Of a stretch of 29,806 nucleotides of DNA, positions 1-5,494 are shown one piece after another. The notes below the pieces were generated by a model, which saw nothing but the letters and a program-made list of their open reading frames with translations, was not told where the DNA came from and ran no database searches. Position 1 is the first letter of the stretch. Each line of letters begins with the position of its first letter. The DNA comes from a virus (Duplodnaviria > Caudoviricetes), in the IMG/VR virus record IMGVR_UViG_3300009184_000142, positions 1-29,806 of that record, one strand, 5' to 3'. Made by a program: the position numbers and the translations under genes.

Positions 1-66
1 CCAGCCCTCTGGAAGGGCGGGCATATCGGCGGCCGGAAAGTCTGGAAACTCACGATAGCATGTCAT
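1..66 (-). CDS. Small phage early protein, N-terminal fragment (MTCYREFPDFPAADMPALPEGW...), runs off the window
   Basis: ATG at 66-64 is part of the conserved start element; frame open to the window edge; manual translation. Confidence 0.75.
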   Translation of the reverse strand, partial: MTCYREFPDFPAADMPALPEGW

Positions 67-83
67 GGTCTAGTCCTCTGGTT
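64..83 (-). promoter_or_regulatory. Conserved RBS/start element AACCAGAGGACTAGACCATG, copy 1
   Basis: Exact 20-mer CATGGTCTAGTCCTCTGGTT on + strand; AGAGGA Shine-Dalgarno 7 nt before ATG. Confidence 0.9.
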
Positions 84-125
84 GGTTGGTGTTGGCATAA
101 TGCCAGCGTTAGAAAAAAGATACCA

Positions 126-166
126 GGGCCATAATGCGGGCGCCGTGGCGCCCGCACGATAGGCCC
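126..166 (-). repeat. Degenerate post-stop stem-loop, followed on the mRNA by UAUCUUUUUUCU (possible terminator)
   Basis: TGCGGGCGCC/GGCGCCCGCA inverted repeat with outer GGGCC/GGCCC arms abutting the stop codon at 166-168. Confidence 0.65.
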
Positions 167-360
167 TAGCCGTTAAGCAATTCGTCAAGGGTACCGGTCA
201 GGTAACGGGCGCCGGTTGCGTCATACACGCTAAGACGGCTTGCGCTGGCGCCCGCCACGACAAGCGTCATGATAGCAGGGGGCACAATACTAACGGCGCC
301 GTCACGCTCTACAATGAAGTCAACGCCGTTTGAAGCACGGGCTATGGTAATGTCAGGCAT
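166..360 (-). CDS. Hypothetical 64-aa early protein, paralog of 422-619
   Basis: ORF track; GGAG SD upstream; stop abuts hairpin; similarity to neighbour. Confidence 0.8.
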   Translation of the reverse strand: MPDITIARASNGVDFIVERDGAVSIVPPAIMTLVVAGASASRLSVYDATGARYLTGTLDELLNG

Positions 361-380
361 GGTAGTTTCTCCGGTTGCCG

Positions 381-424
381 GACTATGGTCCGGCGCCGCG
401 CGGGCGCCGGACGGTAGTCTGTCA
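381..424 (-). repeat. Post-stop stem-loop (GACUA-CC-GUCCGGCGCC...GGCGCCGGAC-CA-UAGUC)
   Basis: Inverted repeat 381-397/403-419 directly after TGA (422-424). Confidence 0.85.
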
Positions 425-619
425 ACGCATCTGGTCTACGGACCCTGCCAAATAACGCTGGTAGGTATCGCAATAAACCGTCAAGCCTTGCGTTTGCGCG
501 CCCGCGACGATTAACGACAATAGCCGCTTGTCTACCTGATGCGAGATTTCTTCTGTCACTACCTTGACGACAAAATGGCGGCCGCCATTTGTGTGCCGTA
601 GAACGTGAATGTCTGCCAT
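422..619 (-). CDS. Hypothetical 65-aa early protein, paralog of 166-360
   Basis: ORF track; variant start element AATCAGGAGACTAGACCATG at 617-636. Confidence 0.85.
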   Translation of the reverse strand: MADIHVLRHTNGGRHFVVKVVTEEISHQVDKRLLSLIVAGAQTQGLTVYCDTYQRYLAGSVDQMR

Positions 620-664
620 GGTCTAGTCTCCTGATTGGCGGCGCTTTCTTGCGCTGTTAGATAA

Positions 665-729
665 AGTATAGCACTTTCCGACACTCGCACCAGACGTATT
701 ATTGCATGGCTGGTATGCGTAAAACGCAT
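665..729 (-). promoter_or_regulatory. Leftward promoter P1 with upstream GCAT-N7-ATGC-N7-GCAT operator
   Basis: -10 TATACT (670-665, preceded by TGC), weak -35 position CTGGTG (693-688), palindromes at 704-729 at the same offset as in P2-P4. Confidence 0.65.
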
Positions 730-740
730 GCCTGGACCTC

Positions 741-770
741 TGACAGTTTGTCAGTTGACAGTTTGTCAGT
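741..770. repeat. Two tandem 15-bp units TGACAGTTTGTCAGT (TGACA-N3-TGTCA palindrome)
   Basis: Direct reading; overlaps the stop codon of 766-1023. Confidence 0.9.
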
Positions 771-1023
771 AATGCGTGCCTTCGACGTCGCATCCCCAGA
801 TATTCTGCCCCTTGGCGTCTACTATGGTAATGTAGAACCCGCGCCGTTCAACGCGACAATAGCCGCGCGCCGTCATTACGATATCGTCGAATTGCCGCAT
901 GTAGGAACCCACAACACTATCGTCTACGTCTGGCATATGCAGGCGCTTCATAACCCGGTCCGTGTGCCGCGCGCATCCCTTTACTATTTTGGTGTCCGTG
1001 CGGATTATCAGATACTTGCCCAT
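766..1023 (-). CDS. Hypothetical 85-aa early protein
   Basis: ORF track; exact conserved start element at 1021-1040. Confidence 0.85.
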   Translation of the reverse strand: MGKYLIIRTDTKIVKGCARHTDRVMKRLHMPDVDDSVVGSYMRQFDDIVMTARGYCRVERRGFYITIVDAKGQNIWGCDVEGTHY

Positions 1024-1040
1024 GGTCTAGTCCTCTGGTT
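1021..1040 (-). promoter_or_regulatory. Conserved RBS/start element, exact copy
   Basis: CATGGTCTAGTCCTCTGGTT. Confidence 0.9.
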
Positions 1041-1053
1041 GGTTGGCGCGCCT

Positions 1054-1107
1054 ATCTTACAGGCGTGTAGGATATTGTGTAACGTTATTTTTGCATACCA
1101 GCCATGC
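1054..1107 (-). promoter_or_regulatory. Leftward promoter P2 with operator
   Basis: -35 TTACAC (1082-1077), 17 bp, -10 TAAGAT (1059-1054); GCATACCAGCCATGC at 1093-1107. Confidence 0.75.
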
Positions 1108-1131
1108 GCTACGCGCGGGCCTGGACTCTGG

Positions 1132-1177
1132 CGGTCTATGGTGGCGGGCGTTTGGCGCCCGCCACGGTAGACCGTCA
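1132..1177 (-). repeat. Post-stop stem-loop
   Basis: CGGTCTATGGTGGCGGGCG-N5-CGCCCGCCACGGTAGACCG then TCA (stop of 1175-1447). Confidence 0.9.
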
Positions 1178-1447
1178 GGCTTCATAGGCTGACGGGATAG
1201 GTACGCCCGTATGGTCGCAGACCATTTCAGTATCGTCATAGTTAATATCCATGCCAGCGATACGCCAACCACTACGCGCGTCATTGCTGGCAATGGCCTC
1301 TAGGATATTGCGGCGCTCAAGGCGCGCGGCGTCAAAAGACAGAACGGCGCCGTCAGCGGTGTAGAAGTATGTGGGGTACCCACCCGGCCAAGCATACGGT
1401 CCGACAAGCATTGCACGGCGGAAATCTGAAATAGTTTCTATTTTCAT
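1175..1447 (-). CDS. Conserved phage hypothetical protein (YAWPGGYP motif), 90 aa
   Basis: ORF track; recognisable phage small-protein motif; exact start element at 1445-1464. Confidence 0.9.
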   Translation of the reverse strand: MKIETISDFRRAMLVGPYAWPGGYPTYFYTADGAVLSFDAARLERRNILEAIASNDARSGWRIAGMDINYDDTEMVCDHTGVPIPSAYEA

Positions 1448-1464
1448 GGTCTAGTCCTCTGGTT
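1445..1464 (-). promoter_or_regulatory. Conserved RBS/start element, exact copy
   Basis: CATGGTCTAGTCCTCTGGTT. Confidence 0.9.
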
Positions 1465-1478
1465 GTGCCGCACGCTGG

Positions 1479-1525
1479 CGGTCTATGGTGCGGCGCCCGC
1501 TAGAGCGCCGCACGGTAGACCGTCA
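1479..1525 (-). repeat. Post-stop stem-loop
   Basis: CGGTCTATGGTGCGGCGC-N8-GCGCCGCACGGTAGACCG then TCA. Confidence 0.9.
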
Positions 1526-1756
1526 ATAGCGGTGCTGAATAAACACCACGATACAGGCGCCGTATGGGCGTATCTCAATCATGTCGCCATGGTCGTATGT
1601 GCGGCACCGCACGCCGTTAAGGCCCATCAGGCCCTTGGCACGGCGCACTAAGGCGAGGCGTGACAGGGTATCAGGCGCGTCTATTTCGTCGCGCTTTACC
1701 CAGCAATAGTTTGCCTCGCCTCCGAAGGTGTCCGTCATCTCGATATCGTATGTCAT
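1523..1756 (-). CDS. Conserved phage hypothetical protein (TDTFGGEANYxWV motif), 77 aa
   Basis: ORF track; exact start element at 1754-1773. Confidence 0.9.
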   Translation of the reverse strand: MTYDIEMTDTFGGEANYCWVKRDEIDAPDTLSRLALVRRAKGLMGLNGVRCRTYDHGDMIEIRPYGACIVVFIQHRY

Positions 1757-1773
1757 GGTCTAGTCCTCTGGTT
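1754..1773 (-). promoter_or_regulatory. Conserved RBS/start element, exact copy
   Basis: CATGGTCTAGTCCTCTGGTT. Confidence 0.9.
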
Positions 1774-1775
1774 GG

Positions 1776-1850
1776 TGTTGGATTTAATGTAGCAGTGTTG
1801 GTGCGAATGAGTAACGCAAAGATTGCATACCTGGTATGCGCGCGGCGCAT
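1776..1850 (-). promoter_or_regulatory. Leftward promoter P3 with operator
   Basis: -35 TTACTC (1814-1809), 17 bp, TGC-TACATT -10 (1791-1786); perfect palindrome GCATACC-T-GGTATGC 1825-1839; near-duplicate of 2552-2626. Confidence 0.8.
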
Positions 1851-1857
1851 GGCTGGT

Positions 1858-1901
1858 GGTCTATGGTGCGGCCGCTTGCGCGGCCGCACGGTAGACCGTC
1901 A
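1858..1901 (-). repeat. Post-stop stem-loop with GCAA tetraloop
   Basis: GGTCTATGGTGCGGCCGC-TTGC-GCGGCCGCACGGTAGACC-G-TCA. Confidence 0.9.
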
Positions 1902-2045
1902 GGCGTTGCGCCGGTCGATCCAAGCCCTTGCGGCGCTAATAGACGGCGCCACAAATACAAGGGCCTCGCTTTCATAGTCCCAATCATAAACGCCATATTC
2001 GCGGCCATGTTTGCGAATGAGAAACCCGTCATAGTTTACAGTCAT
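1899..2045 (-). CDS. Hypothetical 48-aa protein (MTVNYDGFLIRKHGREYGVYDWDYESEALVFVAPSISAARAWIDRRNA), not in ORF track
   Basis: Manual translation; stop is the TGA of the conserved hairpin; ATGA overlap with upstream ORF; GGTGG SD. Confidence 0.75.
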   Translation of the reverse strand: MTVNYDGFLIRKHGREYGVYDWDYESEALVFVAPSISAARAWIDRRNA

Positions 2046-2164
2046 GACAGCCACCATGCGTAGGCTACGGCGCCGTCGAACGCCGCCATGGCGATGGTTG
2101 CAATGGTGGCGGCTGCAATGGCGAGGCGGTCATGGTTGCGGTGGTATCGCTGTATACGGGTCAT
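2042..2164 (-). CDS. 40-aa putative membrane peptide (MTRIQRYHRNHDRLAIAAATIATIAMAAFDGAVAYAWWLS), not in ORF track
   Basis: Manual translation; starts 2 nt after upstream stop and overlaps downstream start (ATGA). Confidence 0.6.
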   Translation of the reverse strand: MTRIQRYHRNHDRLAIAAATIATIAMAAFDGAVAYAWWLS

Positions 2165-2166
2165 GG

Positions 2167-2250
2167 TCAAAGCCCCGCAATCAGAACAGTGAGCAAGATG
2201 GCGGCGCCAGCAATGGCGGCATAGCGTCCGATAATTTGTGAGCGTTTCAT
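2167..2250 (-). CDS. 27-aa hydrophobic micropeptide (MKRSQIIGRYAAIAGAAILLTVLIAGL), not in ORF track
   Basis: Begins at the exact conserved start element (2248-2267). Confidence 0.7.
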   Translation of the reverse strand: MKRSQIIGRYAAIAGAAILLTVLIAGL

Positions 2251-2267
2251 GGTCTAGTCCTCTGGTT
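2248..2267 (-). promoter_or_regulatory. Conserved RBS/start element, exact copy
   Basis: CATGGTCTAGTCCTCTGGTT. Confidence 0.9.
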
Positions 2268-2283
2268 GTGGTGGTACTGGCAA

Positions 2284-2325
2284 ACTATGGTGCGGCGCCT
2301 TGCGGCGCCGCACGGTAGTCCGTCA
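2284..2325 (-). repeat. Post-stop stem-loop with GCAA tetraloop
   Basis: ACTATGGTGCGGCGCC-TTGC-GGCGCCGCACGGTAGT-CCG-TCA. Confidence 0.9.
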
Positions 2326-2517
2326 GAAATTCCAAGGCTTGGCGTTGTATTGCGCCGCGACCTTGCGCGCTTCAATTTTGCCGGACACTTCGATTTCGGC
2401 GATGCGGTTAGCAAAGGTGATATCGCTGTTCACACCGATGATCACAGCCTTGCGCTTGCGCGTTGCGTAGTAGTGCGCGGTGTTGCCGCTGTAAGTGTTT
2501 TCCCAGATGTTTGCCAT
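2323..2517 (-). CDS. Hypothetical 64-aa early protein (ends AKPWNF), first gene of the array
   Basis: ORF track; exact start element at 2515-2534. Confidence 0.85.
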   Translation of the reverse strand: MANIWENTYSGNTAHYYATRKRKAVIIGVNSDITFANRIAEIEVSGKIEARKVAAQYNAKPWNF

Positions 2518-2534
2518 GGTCTAGTCCTCTGGTT
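2515..2534 (-). promoter_or_regulatory. Conserved RBS/start element, exact copy
   Basis: CATGGTCTAGTCCTCTGGTT. Confidence 0.9.
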
Positions 2535-2551
2535 GCCAGCGCCCCGTGCGC

Positions 2552-2626
2552 TGTTGGATTTAATGTAGCAGGGTTTTTGAAATTGAGTAATGCTATTTTT
2601 GCAACCCTGGTATGCGTGCGGCGCAT
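2552..2626 (-). promoter_or_regulatory. Leftward promoter P4 with operator
   Basis: -35 TTACTC (2590-2585), 17 bp, TGC-TACATT (2567-2562); GCAACCCTGGTATGC-N7-GCAT at 2601-2626. Confidence 0.8.
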
Positions 2627-2935
2627 ATCACGGCGCCGCACACGGCTATGGTTTCGGCTATGGTCGACACCCAAACGCGCCAACGGCGGCGCGGGTTTCG
2701 GCTATAGTGTCTATTATTCTCTATATATTCTGGGGAAGGAAAATATAGGTATCCTGATACCGCACCGACCGGCGCACGAAGCGGCGCCTCAAGTTTTTTC
2801 CCGTGACTAAACCGCCGAAATGACCCAAAGCCCCAAGGGCACGGGAGGCGCATGTGCCCGGCGACCTATGCGCCAGAGGCCTGGCTGCTATGCGCGCAAC
2901 GCATAGGTATATGGGCGTGACCCAAAACGCCGAAA

Positions 2936-3023
2936 GGTCACCTGACAATCTGTCACCTGACAATCTGTCACCTGACAATCTGTCACCTGACAATCTGTCA
3001 CCTGACAATCTGTCACCTGACAA
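2936..3023. repeat. Tandem repeat (CCTGACAATCTGTCA) x5 plus partial flanks
   Basis: Five perfect 15-bp units at 2941-3015, partial units on both sides. Confidence 0.95.
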
Positions 3024-3133
3024 ATAATCAGTTAAGGGGGGGGCAGGGGGGCAGGGCCGGCGCGGCGCCGCCATCCCCCACGCAGGGATCGCACAAACTT
3101 TTTATTTTTTTTAAAATCTGTTACCCTGCCGCC

Positions 3134-3673
3134 ATGAGCATATTTTCTCTCTCGCATGAACCTCGCAGGTTACAAGCCACAGAGGCTCGGCTCGAAGCCA
3201 TCTATCAGGCGGCGCGTAAAGGGCTGCGTGGCGAAAGCCTTGCGCTGGCGGCAGGACTGCTGCCGGCTGAATACAGGCAGCTTTGCCAGTTTGACCCCAT
3301 AGCCGAGATGGCCGAACTCAAGGGCCGCGCAGACGGCGAGATGGAAATCAGCGCCGTGTTGCATGAGGCAGCGCTGGCGGGAGACGCCAAGGCGGCGCTT
3401 GAGATCCTCAAGCACCAGCACGGCTGGGTAGCCAAGCAGCAGATCAGCGTTGACGTGGAACAGCGTATCAGCATCATTGGCGCGCTGGAGATGGCGCAGC
3501 AACGTGTCATAGAGGGCGAATATGTACGAGATGCCGAACTACCTGGCGCGCATGATGACGCCCCAGCAGTACCAGTCGTACGCGCCGACCACCCAGTCGA
3601 ACGCGTTCGCGTCTCAGACAGGCCCAATGGCCGGCGCAAACTACCAGAGATTCTCAAGCAACATGTCGCCTGA
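3134..3673 (+). CDS. terS: Terminase small subunit (probable)
   Basis: Position upstream of terL; HTH-like N-terminus followed by helical oligomerisation region (KGRADGE...AALEILKHQHGW); C-terminal 50 aa overlap the next ORF. Confidence 0.7.
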   Translation: MSIFSLSHEPRRLQATEARLEAIYQAARKGLRGESLALAAGLLPAEYRQLCQFDPIAEMAELKGRADGEMEISAVLHEAALAGDAKAALEILKHQHGWVAKQQISVDVEQRISIIGALEMAQQRVIEGEYVRDAELPGAHDDAPAVPVVRADHPVERVRVSDRPNGRRKLPEILKQHVA

Positions 3674-3971
3674 CGACGAGGAGGCGCTGTTCCGCGAACT
3701 GCGCGCCTACCAGATGCGGCGCAACAACCCCGGCAGCCCCATGCAATTCATCTACGGCAATGTGCCCCGTGGGCCGGGGTACGCCGCCGACCGTGGGCGT
3801 GACCCCATGCCCATGAACTTTGATCTGTTCAGTCAGGCTCTGCCGGGCCGGGGCGCCACCTCACCCACCATGACCGCGCCCGCAGGCGACGGTATGCTGG
3901 GAGGCGTCGGACGACTGGCGCGGTATCAGGCGTTCCTCAACCCGCGCCCAACCATGAACCAGAGATCCTGA
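3522..3971 (+). CDS. Hypothetical low-complexity (M/Q/P/G-rich) protein, 149 aa
   Basis: ORF track; GAGGG SD; TGATG coupling to terL. Confidence 0.65.
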   Translation: MYEMPNYLARMMTPQQYQSYAPTTQSNAFASQTGPMAGANYQRFSSNMSPDDEEALFRELRAYQMRRNNPGSPMQFIYGNVPRGPGYAADRGRDPMPMNFDLFSQALPGRGATSPTMTAPAGDGMLGGVGRLARYQAFLNPRPTMNQRS

Positions 3972-5494
3972 TGCAGACCACCATCTATAGCGCCGACGAT
4001 GAGATGATGCTCATGAGCCGGCTGTGGGCGCCGGCTCTCAAGGACGACCCGCTCAAGTTTGTGCTGTACACCTTCCCGTGGGGTCAGCCCGGCACGCCGC
4101 TGGAACACTTTAGTGGCCCGCGCAAGTGGCAGCGCCAGGTGCTACAGGATCTGGCTGACCACATCCGCGACAACAACGGCAGGATCGACTTCAGCACGCT
4201 GCGGCTGGCGGTCAGTTCGGGCCGTGGTATTGGCAAGTCGGCGCTGGTCAGTTGGCTGGTGATCTGGATGCTATCCACGCGGATCGGCGGGACCATCATC
4301 GTCAGCGCCAACTCAGAAGCCCAGTTACGCTCGGTCACCTGGGCGGAAATTACCAAGTGGCTATCCATGAGTTTGAACAGCCACTGGTTTGAAGTGTCGG
4401 CTACCCGCCTGATGCCGGCCAAGTGGCTGACCGAATTGGTCGAGCGCGACCTCAAGAAGGGCACGCGTTACTGGGGCGTCGAGGGCCGGCTGTGGTCGGC
4501 TGAGAATCCCGACAGCTATGCCGGTGTCCACAACATGGACGGCGTCATGCTGGTGTTCGACGAGGCTAGTGGTATCCCTGACAGCATCTGGTCGGTAGCA
4601 GCGGGCTTCTTCACCGAGAACACGCCCAACCGTTTCTGGATGGCGTTCAGCAACCCACGCCGCAACAGTGGCTACTTCTACGAGTGCTTCAACTCCAAGC
4701 GGGAGTTCTGGCTCAACAAGATCGTGGACGCGCGCGAGGTCGAAGGCACCGACAAGGCCGTCTACCAGCAGATCATCGACGAGTACGGGCCGGAGTCCAG
4801 CCAAGCCCACGTCGAGGTCTACGGGCAGTTTCCAAACGCGTCGGACGACCAGTTCATCCCCAATATGCTGGTCAACGACGCCATGAAGCGCCCCCGCGTC
4901 AAGGATCTGAGCGCGCCCATCATTCTCGGCGTGGACCCGGCGCGGTTTGGCGCCGACGCTACCGTGCTGGCGGTGCGCCAAGGGCGCGATATCGTCAAGC
5001 TGATCAAGCACCGGGGCGACGACACCATGACCGTGGTGGGCCACGTCATCGAGGCCATCGAGGAGTTTAAGCCCGCTATGGTCGTGATCGACGAGGGCGG
5101 GCTGGGCGCGGGCATCGTGGACCGGCTCAAGGAGCAACGGTACGTCGTCAGGGGCGTGAACTTCGGCAACAAGGCCAAAAACCCCAAGATGTGGGGAAAC
5201 AAGCGCGCCGAGATGTGGGGAGCAATGCGTGAATGGCTGAAGACGGCGAGCATCCCCGAGGACAGGTACCTGAAATCGGATCTCATTGGCCCCATGTCCA
5301 AGCCCGACAGCCGTGGCACCCTCTTCTTGGAGAGCAAGAAGGACATGAAAAGCCGAGGGCTAGCGTCCCCGGACGCCGCCGACGCTATAGCCGTTACTTT
5401 CGCGTTTCCCGTCGCACACAGAGAACGCGTTGACAAGGCCCAGACCCGCTCTTATTCTCAGTCAGGGATTTCTACGTCTTGGATGGGGTCATAA
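3971..5494 (+). CDS. terL: Terminase large subunit
   Basis: Walker A SGRGIGKS, Walker B LVFDEASG, motif III FSNP, nuclease GVDPARFGAD and SPDAADA. Confidence 0.97.
   Translation: MQTTIYSADDEMMLMSRLWAPALKDDPLKFVLYTFPWGQPGTPLEHFSGPRKWQRQVLQDLADHIRDNNGRIDFSTLRLAVSSGRGIGKSALVSWLVIWMLSTRIGGTIIVSANSEAQLRSVTWAEITKWLSMSLNSHWFEVSATRLMPAKWLTELVERDLKKGTRYWGVEGRLWSAENPDSYAGVHNMDGVMLVFDEASGIPDSIWSVAAGFFTENTPNRFWMAFSNPRRNSGYFYECFNSKREFWLNKIVDAREVEGTDKAVYQQIIDEYGPESSQAHVEVYGQFPNASDDQFIPNMLVNDAMKRPRVKDLSAPIILGVDPARFGADATVLAVRQGRDIVKLIKHRGDDTMTVVGHVIEAIEEFKPAMVVIDEGGLGAGIVDRLKEQRYVVRGVNFGNKAKNPKMWGNKRAEMWGAMREWLKTASIPEDRYLKSDLIGPMSKPDSRGTLFLESKKDMKSRGLASPDAADAIAVTFAFPVAHRERVDKAQTRSYSQSGISTSWMGS

Noticed and set aside
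126-2325. Canonical integron attC sites
   Set aside because: No RYYYAAC/GTTRRRY ends and no integron integrase in the window; only an architectural analogy.
64-2534. CRISPR array interpretation of the recurring 20-mer and hairpins
   Set aside because: Spacing is irregular (hundreds of bp), intervening DNA is protein-coding, and no cas operon; the Cas4-like gene is a typical phage replication-module nuclease.
269-2810. Plus-strand ORFs over the early array (269, 706, 1463, 1660, 1836, 2044, 2266, 2463)
   Set aside because: Antisense shadows that run through the repeats; all SD, promoter and stop signals point leftward.
2721-3074. 117-aa minus-strand ORF with LSGDR repeats
   Set aside because: Product of translating the 15-bp DNA repeat; no SD; the conserved feature is a DNA palindrome also found at 741-770.
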